64,000 nucleotides of DNA, taken from NCBI GenBank assembly GCA_043801965.1, contig JAZDLN010000029.1:1587-65586 (forward strand), written 5' to 3'. Below the pieces are notes generated by a model. That model saw only the letters and a list, made by a program, of their open reading frames with translations. It ran no database searches and was not told the DNA's origin. This document shows positions 1 to 8,819 of the stretch, in pieces; the stretch's first letter is position 1; every line of letters begins with the position of its first letter. Origin of the DNA: Candidatus Falkowbacteria bacterium (GTDB taxonomy: Bacteria; Patescibacteriota; Patescibacteriia; Patescibacteriales; UBA12075). The translations under genes and the position numbers were made by a program.

Positions 1-1
1 C

Positions 2-772
2 AATTACGACTTCATCGTCGTTAACGCGGCAGGCAATGATGGTTGTGATCTTGGATATGTCGATAAGCCGGATAATCTCCTAATCGTGGGCGGGTCGAAT
101 GGAATAGTCAGGGATTCACGGTCAATGTACGGCGAGGCCATAGACATCGCCGCCCCTTACGAAATCCAGGGATATTACAGTTACGCCAGAGGTGTTACCG
201 AGAACGCCAGCGGCACATCGGTGTCCGCGCCCTTGGTTGCCGGAGCCGCCGGGCTTATCTGGTCTTACGACCGGGATAATTTAACCGCCGCGCAGGTAGT
301 CGAAAGACTTAAGGCAACAGCCCGAGGCCACATTGAAGATTATGGTGGCGCCGGGGTTCTCGATATTTACGGTGCTCTTAATTCAGACGAAGATGATCTG
401 CCAAACGCACTTGATAATTGTCCGGAGGTCACTAACCAGAATCAGGCCGACGCGGACGGGGATGGATACGGCGACGTTTGCGAAGAATCCGGTAAAACTT
501 ATACCGTCTGGATCTCAGTGGAAAATTACGGAGGCTGTTCTCCCTGTCTTGGTTCGGTAACGCCGACGGGCGTCGTTACGGTTAATCGCGGCGAAAATCT
601 GACCCTGATCATTGATCAGGGAACATGTTACGGCGTTTCGTACGGTACTGATGAGCTGAACTATTGGCCGCGAGAAGATTATTGGTCATACGGAACGGTA
701 TCGTACGAAATTATTTCCATCCCCTCTGACCTTCATGTCAATATTGGACTGCATAATTGTTCGCCCTTTTAA
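2..772 (+). CDS. Peptidase S8 (subtilisin-like) serine protease, C-terminal portion; 5' end outside the window
   Basis: The frame is open from the window edge; track ORF 86..772 only starts at an internal Met. AAGNDG (oxyanion Asn) and GTSVSAPLVAGAAG (catalytic Ser motif G-T-S-x-S-x-P) are present. They are followed by DNCPEVTNQNQADADGDGYGDVCE, a thrombospondin type-3-like Ca-binding repeat. Confidence 0.8.
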   Translation, partial: NYDFIVVNAAGNDGCDLGYVDKPDNLLIVGGSNGIVRDSRSMYGEAIDIAAPYEIQGYYSYARGVTENASGTSVSAPLVAGAAGLIWSYDRDNLTAAQVVERLKATARGHIEDYGGAGVLDIYGALNSDEDDLPNALDNCPEVTNQNQADADGDGYGDVCEESGKTYTVWISVENYGGCSPCLGSVTPTGVVTVNRGENLTLIIDQGTCYGVSYGTDELNYWPREDYWSYGTVSYEIISIPSDLHVNIGLHNCSPF

Positions 773-782
773 AAAACTAAAC

Positions 783-808
783 CCGCTTCGATTTGAAGCG
801 GATTTTTT
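783..808 (+). terminator. Rho-independent terminator after the S8 protease gene
   Basis: CCGCTTC-N5-GAAGCGG stem followed by a T6 run, a few nt after the stop codon. Confidence 0.7.
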
Positions 809-834
809 AAATCTCATAAAAAATATCTACTACT

Positions 835-2031
835 TTAAACTGCTTCCAAAATAACGATCTCCCGCCAGACCTTCTGGCCCGGACGGCCGTAGATTATCGT
901 GTCCCGGGCCGTGGGTTCGACGGCCGCGTTGGCGCGCGAAGATTCCGGAATCGGATTTAATATTTTAAAACCTTTCATGTCCGGGGTGATGAATTGCGAA
1001 TTCCTCGTAGCATGGAATACCGGCCAGATCATGACGATCCGGCCGTTGGGCGCGAGGATTTTTTTAAATTCAGACAAAGCCCTGGCATAGAGTTCGGTCA
1101 GCTCTTTCTTTGTAATTTCAATGTCGACCGGGCCGCGCTGCGGTCCGAGATAGGGTTCGGTAATGATCGCGTTAACCGATCCTGACTCGATGGCTTGCGA
1201 CAGCTCCGCGGCATTCTTATGAAAAACCCGTAATCCGTACTCCGGAATTTTAAATTTTTCTTTGATCCAATCCATGTTTTTTTTCGTATCCTCGACCGCT
1301 TTAACTGAAATATCCGCTCCGATCATATTTTTATAACCCAAGAGCGCGGCCTCGGTAAGGATCGTGCCGGAACCGCAAAAAGGGTCGAGGATAACCCCGT
1401 CTTTCGGAGCGCGCGCCAGGTTGATCATGATCTGCGCCAGCTTCGGAGGGAGCATGCCGGACCGGTCGTCCCGGGCCGGCCGGCCGTAATCGCGGAAAGA
1501 CAATTCTTTGAACGGCTGGACGGCCAAAGTAAAACCAACGAGTATCTTATCGCCGTTTTGCAATAAAACTATTTCCGCGCCGCCGGCCGTCAATTTATTT
1601 TGCTCGACCACCACGCTCGACAAAGTCGTTTCCCGGCTTACCACCCAGCGGCAGACAATACCGCGTTCGCGCAGATACTTTTTTATTTCCATGCCCAAAG
1701 GTTTCAAATACATCTTCCTCGATCCGTAAAAAGACAGACCGAAATTGAATTTGCCCTCTCCGGGCTCTAGGCGCGGCGTAATTACGGATAAGAGTTCCCG
1801 GGTGCTTATTCCGGACTCTTCGTGAATAACGCCGATCTTGACGGTTCCGCCCAGATTCTTTATAAGCGCGGCGGCATCGATCTTCGCGTCCGTTTCCAGT
1901 AAAAAAACCTTGCCGCCGCAGCAGACGCCGGCACCAGCGGCCGTTTCCCTTTTTTCCGCCAATCCGAAAACCGACGCCAGCTCGGCTACGGACAAGGCCG
2001 GATTGCTCCCTAAAACAAAAAAATATTTCAT
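835..2031 (-). CDS. SAM-dependent RNA/DNA methyltransferase, UPF0020/Trm14-RlmL-like
   Basis: Motif I DPFCGSGTILTEAALLG and motif IV-like ITEPYLGP. The N-terminal half resembles a THUMP-like RNA-binding module. I moved the start to the ATG at 2029-2031 (MKYFFVLGSNPA...) rather than the upstream track start. Confidence 0.65.
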   Translation of the reverse strand: MKYFFVLGSNPALSVAELASVFGLAEKRETAAGAGVCCGGKVFLLETDAKIDAAALIKNLGGTVKIGVIHEESGISTRELLSVITPRLEPGEGKFNFGLSFYGSRKMYLKPLGMEIKKYLRERGIVCRWVVSRETTLSSVVVEQNKLTAGGAEIVLLQNGDKILVGFTLAVQPFKELSFRDYGRPARDDRSGMLPPKLAQIMINLARAPKDGVILDPFCGSGTILTEAALLGYKNMIGADISVKAVEDTKKNMDWIKEKFKIPEYGLRVFHKNAAELSQAIESGSVNAIITEPYLGPQRGPVDIEITKKELTELYARALSEFKKILAPNGRIVMIWPVFHATRNSQFITPDMKGFKILNPIPESSRANAAVEPTARDTIIYGRPGQKVWREIVILEAV

Positions 2032-2078
2032 AACGCGATAAATTATTTTATTATTTGAGTGGTTTCCGTAATAAAAAA

Positions 2079-2615
2079 TCAACCCGAAATCTTATATAAA
2101 TAAATCGCCACGTCTTTCTCGTCAGGTTTATCGACCGCGTCCGGCGTCCAGCCTTCAATCGGAAAAACGTAGGTAATTACCCGCGCGCCGGATTTAAGCT
2201 CTTGCTTGAGTTTTTCCGAAAGCTTTCCCTCCAGGGCTCGGCGGGAGGCCGGAAAGACGAAAACTGCGCCTGCGTCCGTCAGATCCTCGCCGTAAATATC
2301 CCTGAATCTGAAACTAAGATTATTTACGCCCGACAGCGTTCTTTTAAGGAGACATAGAAGATAAAACAGGAATGACAGCTCGACACCGACCACCCGACCC
2401 CCGGAATGGCGGGCCATGTAAAAAGCCACGCGGCCATCGCCGGCGCCCAGATCATAAAATATTTCTCCTGATCTTACTGCCGCCAAACGGCAAATCCGCC
2501 GCAAATCCTTTTTCCGGGTCGGCACCCAGGGGGCCAGCGAGCCGGATGCGATCGCGGTGGTTCCCAGGATAACTGCCAGAAAAATCACGATAATGGATAT
2601 AAAAAAATGCCCCAT
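2079..2615 (-). CDS. Class I SAM-dependent methyltransferase with N-terminal membrane anchor
   Basis: Hydrophobic N-terminus (FFISIIVIFLAVILGTTAIA) and motif I FYDLGAGDGRVAFYMA. Confidence 0.6.
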   Translation of the reverse strand: MGHFFISIIVIFLAVILGTTAIASGSLAPWVPTRKKDLRRICRLAAVRSGEIFYDLGAGDGRVAFYMARHSGGRVVGVELSFLFYLLCLLKRTLSGVNNLSFRFRDIYGEDLTDAGAVFVFPASRRALEGKLSEKLKQELKSGARVITYVFPIEGWTPDAVDKPDEKDVAIYLYKISG

Positions 2616-2645
2616 ATCATAAATCTACCACAATATGCGTATGCC

Positions 2646-2674
2646 TTGCAATTTTTTTATTCTTATGCTAAGCT
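2646..2674 (+). promoter_or_regulatory. Candidate sigma70-type promoter of the rpsF-ssb-rpsR cluster
   Basis: TTGCAA (2646-2651), a 17-nt spacer, then TAAGCT preceded by TG (extended -10). Confidence 0.4.
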
Positions 2675-2699
2675 CATAATAACAACTTAAAGGCCTTTT

Positions 2700-2796
2700 C
2701 CGTATCCCGCCTGCGCGGGGTGGTTGCGTCAATACTCGACGCAACCAAAGGTATTCTCAAAACTCCCTAATATTAGAGAATATCTTAGGGATTTTT
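2700..2796 (+). promoter_or_regulatory. Structured 5' leader of rpsF: three hairpins, the last terminator-like
   Basis: CCCGC-CTGC-GCGGG (2706-2719). GGTTGCGTC-N7-GACGCAACC (2722-2746). TCCCTAA-N14-TTAGGGA followed by TTTTT (2764-2796), located 34 nt before the rpsF ATG. Confidence 0.45.
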
Positions 2797-2829
2797 ATTT
2801 AGGCCCGATTATTAACTAAACCACTAATT

Positions 2830-3315
2830 ATGTCAAAAACTAAAAAATCGGAAGCCCCCCAATATGAATTGCTTTATATCGTGTCGAACACTTATACGGC
2901 CGAGGAGCTAAAACCGATAATGGACAAGGTGAACAAGATCATAACGGATAACGGCGGACAGATCTTAAGGACCGAGGAATGGGGAAATAAGAAGCTGGCC
3001 TACCCGATCAAACACCAAAATTACGGGTATTATAACCTGGTCGAATTTACGACCGCGGGGGAAAAAATGCAGAAAATCTCCCACGTTTTTCGAATTACGA
3101 GCGAAATATTACGCTACCAGATAGTAGTTAAGGAGATAAAAAAAGAAGCGGCTGATAACAGGGAAAAAGAGAGGGCGCGCGAAAGAGCTGCCAGAGCTAA
3201 GGAGGATGAAAAAAAGAAGAATGAGCTTGAAAAAGAAAAAACCAAAACCAGGGTCAATATGCTGGAATTGGATGAAAAACTGGATAAGATACTCGAAACG
3301 GACGATTTATTATAG
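2830..3315 (+). CDS. rpsF: 30S ribosomal protein S6 with a long K/E-rich C-terminal tail
   Basis: YELLYIVSN...EEWGNKKLAYPIKHQNYGYY is the S6 core, and the gene sits in the conserved rpsF-ssb-rpsR order. Confidence 0.9.
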   Translation: MSKTKKSEAPQYELLYIVSNTYTAEELKPIMDKVNKIITDNGGQILRTEEWGNKKLAYPIKHQNYGYYNLVEFTTAGEKMQKISHVFRITSEILRYQIVVKEIKKEAADNREKERARERAARAKEDEKKKNELEKEKTKTRVNMLELDEKLDKILETDDLL

Positions 3316-3399
3316 ATCGTTACGGTTTTCCGCTTCTTTAAATTAGAAAATAATAATTAATTTTTCCTCGTTCATGGTAACGCGGTAAAAAGAAAAATT

Positions 3400-3864
3400 A
3401 TGAATCTAAACAAAGCCATGATTATCGGCAATCTGACCCGGGATCCAGAGGTCAGGAATACCCCTAACGGCGCGGCTGTCGCTTCTTTTTCAGTGGCCAC
3501 GAACTTCGTGTGGAAAGATCAGAGCGGGCAGAAACAGGAAAGAGCCGAATTCCATAATATTGTAGCCTGGAGAAAATTAGCTGAAATTTGCGGGCAATAC
3601 CTCCGCAAAGGCTCCAAGATCTATGTCGAAGGACGCTTGCAGACCCGGGACTGGGTCGGCCAGGACGGAGTAAAACGTTATCGGACGGAGATCATCGCCG
3701 ACAACATGATTATGCTGGATCGCGCCGGCAACACCGGTAATTTCCGGTCCGCCGAAGCGCCGCCCCTGCCGTCGGAAAAATCCGAGCCGATAATCGACGT
3801 CAACGAACCGGCTGATTACGGCCAGGCCGATGACGAGATCAAGGTCGAAAACATACCTTTTTAA
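3400..3864 (+). CDS. ssb: Single-stranded DNA-binding protein
   Basis: OB-fold N-terminus ([34 protein letters not shown]...[13 protein letters not shown]) and an acidic C-terminal tip [11 protein letters not shown]. Confidence 0.95.
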   Translation: MNLNKAMIIGNLTRDPEVRNTPNGAAVASFSVATNFVWKDQSGQKQERAEFHNIVAWRKLAEICGQYLRKGSKIYVEGRLQTRDWVGQDGVKRYRTEIIADNMIMLDRAGNTGNFRSAEAPPLPSEKSEPIIDVNEPADYGQADDEIKVENIPF

Positions 3865-3895
3865 TGATATTATCCTTAATTTATTCCATTAATTT

Positions 3896-4126
3896 ATGTC
3901 CAACCAAAATCAAATGACGACGAAAGACAAAGAATGCCATTTTTGCGTCAACAACGTTTCGGATATTGATTACAAAGATATAAATACTATCCGAAAATTC
4001 ATAAATATCTACAAGAAGATCCTGCCGCGCCATAGAACCGGAACCTGTTCCTGGCACCAGCGCAAGCTGGCTACGGCCATAAAAAGGGCGCGCGTGATGG
4101 CTCTATTGCCTTTCGTGAAAAAATAA
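3896..4126 (+). CDS. rpsR: 30S ribosomal protein S18
   Basis: IDYKDINTIRKFIN...ILPRHRTGTCSWHQRKLATAIKRARVMALLPF. Confidence 0.95.
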   Translation: MSNQNQMTTKDKECHFCVNNVSDIDYKDINTIRKFINIYKKILPRHRTGTCSWHQRKLATAIKRARVMALLPFVKK

Positions 4127-4140
4127 TTTTTGCATGTTCT

Positions 4141-4698
4141 ATGTTAAACATGAATGAAATAAAAGTCGGCAAGGTTATCCAGGTTAACAAAGAACCTTTC
4201 GTGATAACCAAAACCGACCATCATAAAATGGGCCGGGGCGGAGCCGTCCTTAAGGTAAAATTGCGCAATCTGGTTACCGGAGCCGTTCTCGAAAAAACCT
4301 TTCAGGGTAACGACAAGGCCGAAGAGGCCGATACGGAAAAGAAAAAAGCTAACTTTCTCTACGGCGACGATACCAACGCCAACTTCATGGACAATGAAAG
4401 TTACGAGCAGTTTACGCTTTCTCTCGATTCGATCGGCGAAAAAAGACAATACCTTAAAGACGGCGCCGACGTCGAAGTCCTGTATTTCGACGGCAATCCG
4501 GTAGCCATCAATCTGCCCATCAAGATGGACTTCAAGGTGGTCTCCGCTCCTCCGGCGGTAAAAGGCAATTCAGCGGGCAACGTGACGAAAGCGGTCGAAC
4601 TCGAGACCGGCGCCACTATAAACGTGCCTCTTTTTATCAACGAGGGCGATATTATTAGGATCAATACTGATACCGGAGAATACGTGGAAAGAGCCTAG
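4141..4698 (+). CDS. efp: Translation elongation factor P
   Basis: GKVIQVNKEPFVITKTDHHKMGRGGAVLKVKLRNLVTG and three-domain length. The start could also be the ATG at 4150. Confidence 0.9.
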   Translation: MLNMNEIKVGKVIQVNKEPFVITKTDHHKMGRGGAVLKVKLRNLVTGAVLEKTFQGNDKAEEADTEKKKANFLYGDDTNANFMDNESYEQFTLSLDSIGEKRQYLKDGADVEVLYFDGNPVAINLPIKMDFKVVSAPPAVKGNSAGNVTKAVELETGATINVPLFINEGDIIRINTDTGEYVERA

Positions 4699-4737
4699 GA
4701 AATTTCGGATTGTCGATTTTTCATTGCCTATCTCAAA

Positions 4738-4777
4738 TAAAAAAACCGGCGCATCGATCAGATGGCCGGTTTTTTTA
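4738..4777. terminator. Bidirectional intrinsic terminator between convergent efp and recA
   Basis: A-run, ACCGGC-N14-GCCGGT stem, then a T7 run. Confidence 0.75.
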
Positions 4778-4852
4778 TTTAAGCTATTTTATTATTCACG
4801 GAACCGAATGGCAGGTCCTTTCGCCCGCGCGACGCGGGGGCGAGGTAAGAGC

Positions 4853-5896
4853 TTAACTCTCTTCGGTTTCTCTGGCTTTAACTTCATTTAAGATGGCTTT
4901 ACGGATATCCTTCATAAGTTTCTTGTCGGCGCGCAGGAATCTTTTGGCGTTTTCCCGACCGGTGCCAAGCTTAATCTCCCCGTAAGCGTAAGAATTGCCC
5001 GACTTGTTAATGACGCCATAAGCAACGCCGGTGTCAAGAAGATCGCCCGAAACGGAAATCCCTTCGTTGTACATTATGTCGAATTCGCAGGTGCGGAAAG
5101 GCGCCGCCACCTTGTTCTTGACGATCTTCGTCTTAACGCGATTGCCGATGATCTTATCTCCCTGCTTGATCTGCGCGCTCCGCCTTACCTCTATCCGGAC
5201 CGAGGAATAAAATTTAAGAGCGGTACCGCCGGTCGTGGTTTCCGGGTTACCGAAGAAAACACCGATTTTAAGCCTTATTTGGTTTATGAATATTACGACG
5301 GTCTTGGTTTTTGAAACAACACCGGTCAGCTTCCGAAGGGCTTGGCTCATAAGGCGCGCCTGAAGGCCCATATGCTGATCGCCCATATCCCCGTCTATTT
5401 CTTTTTGCGGCACTAAAGCGGCTACAGAATCGATGACGATCACGTCCACGGCGTTAGAACGCACCAGCGTCTCCACGATCTCGAGGGCTTGCTCACCGGT
5501 ATCAGGCTGCGAAATAAGAAGATCTTTGACGTTTACGCCGATACGGCCGGCGTAATCGGGGTCAAGCGCGTGTTCCGCGTCGACGAAAGCGGCGATTCCG
5601 CCAAGCTTTTGCACTTCTGACACTATGTGCTGGGCCAAGGTTGTTTTGCCGGAGGCTTCGGGACCGAAAATTTCGATGATCCGGCCGCGTGGCACGCCGC
5701 CGATCCCGAGCGCGATATCAAGGGAGAGACAGCCGGTGGAAACGGCATCGACGTTAGAGCGTCTGGCCTCGCCGAATTTCATGATAGCGCCATCCCCGAA
5801 TTTGCTTTTTATCTGCGCCATGGCCTCTTCCGCGGCCAGGATCTTATCATCCGCGCTCTTCTTTTCGTTTTTGATTTTTTCTTTGTTGTCTGACAT
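4853..5896 (-). CDS. recA: Recombinase RecA
   Basis: Walker [12 protein letters not shown], plus [14 protein letters not shown] and [19 protein letters not shown]. The start is set to the ATG at 5894-5896 (MSDNKEK...); the 32 upstream codons of the track ORF are AT-rich promoter sequence. Confidence 0.95.
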   Translation of the reverse strand: MSDNKEKIKNEKKSADDKILAAEEAMAQIKSKFGDGAIMKFGEARRSNVDAVSTGCLSLDIALGIGGVPRGRIIEIFGPEASGKTTLAQHIVSEVQKLGGIAAFVDAEHALDPDYAGRIGVNVKDLLISQPDTGEQALEIVETLVRSNAVDVIVIDSVAALVPQKEIDGDMGDQHMGLQARLMSQALRKLTGVVSKTKTVVIFINQIRLKIGVFFGNPETTTGGTALKFYSSVRIEVRRSAQIKQGDKIIGNRVKTKIVKNKVAAPFRTCEFDIMYNEGISVSGDLLDTGVAYGVINKSGNSYAYGEIKLGTGRENAKRFLRADKKLMKDIRKAILNEVKARETEES

Positions 5897-5988
5897 AAAT
5901 TTATTATAAAAATGAATTAATAAAATTATATGAATAAACAAAATTAAAAAGAGGCTTGCCTCCCTGCGTGTATTATATCGATAATAAT

Positions 5989-6693
5989 TCAAAAAACGGT
6001 CTTAGGGGCGGTCAGTGAGGTTTCGTTATTAACCAATATTTTTTTGACAACATTGTTTTTCCGGCTGTATTTTTTCTGGGCCGTTACCGAAATGGTATTA
6101 AGTCCGCTTTTCAGATTTACCTTCTGGATAAAATGTCCGTCCGGACCCGTAAGCACCGGCAGATCATTAATGGTCACCTCGGCTTCAGGCTCGGTATATC
6201 CCTCTATGTCTACCGAGGTGCGGCCGGTAAAAAGGTTGGCGGCCGGATTTATTATCTCGAGGCGAGGCGGGGAAATTATCCCCCCGAATTCGCCGCCCAG
6301 ATAAACCGCGCATACCGATATCGCCGCGACCGCGAAAAGTCCTTTGATAAGTTTTGGCAGGCTCAGGAAGTTAGAGGGGTGCGTTATCCGTTCGGAAAAT
6401 AATTTACTGTTCTTGGGGCGGTGCTCCGCGATCTCGGGCGCCGCCAGTAGAATAAGCTCGGCCGCCTCCACGCCCAGATATTCCGCGTATTCTTTCAGAA
6501 AATTCTTGCCGTAAAGACCCTGGGGCAATTTTTCAAAATGCCCGCTCTCTAAAGCGTCCAAATATAATATATTGATATTCGTGGCTTTGGCCGCGTCCGC
6601 TAATTCAAGCTTCTGCTCCCTTCGGGCCGTTTTTAATCTCTGGGAGACTAGCTCTACGTTATCGGAAATTGTGTTAGTTTGAAATTTATCCAT
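5989..6693 (-). CDS. RodZ-like helix-turn-helix membrane protein
   Basis: N-terminal XRE-type HTH ([38 protein letters not shown]), a single TM segment ([14 protein letters not shown]), and a beta-rich extracytoplasmic C-terminus. Confidence 0.65.
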   Translation of the reverse strand: MDKFQTNTISDNVELVSQRLKTARREQKLELADAAKATNINILYLDALESGHFEKLPQGLYGKNFLKEYAEYLGVEAAELILLAAPEIAEHRPKNSKLFSERITHPSNFLSLPKLIKGLFAVAAISVCAVYLGGEFGGIISPPRLEIINPAANLFTGRTSVDIEGYTEPEAEVTINDLPVLTGPDGHFIQKVNLKSGLNTISVTAQKKYSRKNNVVKKILVNNETSLTAPKTVF

Positions 6694-6709
6694 AAAACAT
6701 AATTTTTGA

Positions 6710-7144
6710 CTAAGGCACGAACGCTGGCGCCTGATTACTGTTGAGCCTGAACCATTCGTCCTCGCCCTCGTATCTATAACCTAAAATATTAAACATGACG
6801 AATTGGACTATAAGCCAGCTAATAAAAACCACGACCAGTCCGATAACGGCGCCGATCAAAACCTGCTTGCCCTTATTGACCGTATCGCTGTTGCCGCTCG
6901 ATACCAGGAACATGGCGCCGCCTACGACGAAAGCGCCCAAGGCCAGAGAGCCGGTAATGCCCAATATCCATTTAGCTACGTTTACCGCCAGCCGAAAAAA
7001 ATCATCGGGTGTGCATTTTCCGTCCCCGGCGCATTTGATATTTTCCATAAGGTTGGCCTCCGCCTCGCCGGCAAAAACCGAAAAAAACAAGAGTGAGAAA
7101 AAAAAGAGAGGAAGTATCGTTCGCTTAATATATTTGTTCTTCAT
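6710..7144 (-). CDS. VirB2/TrbC-like 'T4SS pilin' family small membrane protein
   Basis: Signal peptide, a Cys pair (CAGDGKC), and two TM helices separated by the loop SSGNSDTVNKGKQVL. It is a paralogue of the ORF at 23948..24268. Confidence 0.55.
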   Translation of the reverse strand: MKNKYIKRTILPLFFFSLLFFSVFAGEAEANLMENIKCAGDGKCTPDDFFRLAVNVAKWILGITGSLALGAFVVGGAMFLVSSGNSDTVNKGKQVLIGAVIGLVVVFISWLIVQFVMFNILGYRYEGEDEWFRLNSNQAPAFVP

Positions 7145-7189
7145 GGATCGCGTAATTAAAGCCGTAAAAATAAAAATTTTAGCTATTTA

Positions 7190-8611
7190 TTATTTTTTAT
7201 TTATGGTTTGCTGGACTTTTTGCGCTCCTAATTTCAAAGCGTCTTCAAGGGTGTTTTTTCCGGTAACCACGTCATCAATCATTTCCCGCATGATCGTTTC
7301 GGCCGCGTCCGCGTTTATTCCCCTATACCAGCTTTCCGCGGTCAGTGTCTGTCCCACGAACACGCCTATTTCCTTGTCCTCCTTCATTTCATCGACCAGG
7401 GCCCGCAGCGCCGGAGGTTTTTTCGCCTGAGCCAGGTATGATTTTGCCTGTTCCGCCTTGGTAATAAATTGGACAAAGTCCCAGGCTTCGCTCGAATATC
7501 TGCTTTTTCTGGAAACGACCTCTGCCCAATAATTGGCAAAGTTGGTGTTTTGCGGATTGCCCTCGATCTGCGGCAGCTCCGCCACGGAAAATTTAAGCTT
7601 CGGCGCGTCTGCCCTGATCTGGGGCATCATATAAGCATAGCCGAACATCATGGCTAATTTATTCTGCAGGAACATGTCCATGGAATTTCCCATATTATTG
7701 TTCCAGCAGTAAACCTCTTTGGCCGGATTGGAAAAATCCACGTAGAATCTTAAAGCGTCAAGACCGGGAATGATATTTTTGTTTTCAAAATCGGCCGGTC
7801 TCTGGCTGAACATGACGCTGCCTCGGTCATTTATCATCTCGGTACCGTTCTGCATCATCAGAATCGATAAAATATCGCTTGACCGGTCTACGTTATCCCC
7901 GCCGCCCAAGGCTACGCCCGACTGTATTATCTGTCCTTTATTATCCTGTTTGGTCAGCTTTTTAACGTCTTGCTGGAACTCACGGTTCCAGTAGGCCGGG
8001 GGCGTGGTGATGCCGGCGTTATTGAAAAGGTCGTTATTGTAATACACGGCCAAAGTGTCAATGAACAGTGGCAGGCCGTAAACCTTTTCGGCGTAAGCGC
8101 CGATCCTTTCGTCAAACTCGTTTATTACCACATCCTTATAAACCACGTCGATAAAATCGGCTTTCAGCTGTTTTAAGGAAATACTCGGGGTGGTACGCAA
8201 TTCCGTAACCACTTCTTTTTTTATGCTGCCCTTAACCACCGGATAAGCCATAGTGATGCTCGCCGGCATCGGAGCCAAAAGATCCATTTCCTTGTATTTC
8301 CTGATCCAGGTGTTTTGTATAGAAAAAATGTCCGGTCCCCGATCAGCGGCGAAGGCTTCGATCAATGCCTGTTCGAATTCGTCATAGCGCAATTTACGAT
8401 ACTCGATCGTAATAAAAGGATGGAGAGTCCGATAGCGTTCCAGGATCTCGGCAAAAGCATCCGGCCCGTCCCAAACCCGCCAGTAGGTAAGCTTTATCGG
8501 CTGCATTTTTTCCTGGACCTCCCTGGAAACACAACGGCAGCCAAAGCCGGAAAAAAGTACGAATATCAAAACCAGGGATAATATTGATAATTTAGCTTTT
8601 CTGTTTAACAT
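7190..8611 (-). CDS. Extracellular solute-binding lipoprotein (ABC-type, family 1), orphan
   Basis: N-terminal signal ending in Cys (LFSGFGC). Size and sequence are typical of sugar-type SBPs (LTYWRVWDGPDAF..., YYNNDLF). No permease or ATPase gene is adjacent. Confidence 0.7.
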   Translation of the reverse strand: MLNRKAKLSILSLVLIFVLFSGFGCRCVSREVQEKMQPIKLTYWRVWDGPDAFAEILERYRTLHPFITIEYRKLRYDEFEQALIEAFAADRGPDIFSIQNTWIRKYKEMDLLAPMPASITMAYPVVKGSIKKEVVTELRTTPSISLKQLKADFIDVVYKDVVINEFDERIGAYAEKVYGLPLFIDTLAVYYNNDLFNNAGITTPPAYWNREFQQDVKKLTKQDNKGQIIQSGVALGGGDNVDRSSDILSILMMQNGTEMINDRGSVMFSQRPADFENKNIIPGLDALRFYVDFSNPAKEVYCWNNNMGNSMDMFLQNKLAMMFGYAYMMPQIRADAPKLKFSVAELPQIEGNPQNTNFANYWAEVVSRKSRYSSEAWDFVQFITKAEQAKSYLAQAKKPPALRALVDEMKEDKEIGVFVGQTLTAESWYRGINADAAETIMREMIDDVVTGKNTLEDALKLGAQKVQQTINKK

Positions 8612-8819
8612 TAGTTAAATAATTTCAACCGCTAAATAATTTTCAGCGCTTTTACCACAACAATATTATAGCATAAAATGAACACGGGGGACAATATCGC
8701 TAAAAAATTCATAGAAATCAGAAAGCTTGCGCCTTCGAAGCAAATTTATGTCAATAATAAATAATTAAAGCCGTGCCTAAATCCTGGATTTTACAATATT
8801 TTTTAACTACTGTGGTTTT

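Noticed and set aside
5897-5992. N-terminal 32-codon extension of recA in the ORF track
   Set aside because: The extension ([32 protein letters not shown]) is translated AT-rich promoter DNA. Conserved RecA begins shortly after the internal Met at 5896.
6795-7430. 211-aa plus-strand ORF spanning the pilin-like and SBP genes
   Set aside because: It crosses the boundary of two well-supported minus-strand genes and has low-complexity composition.
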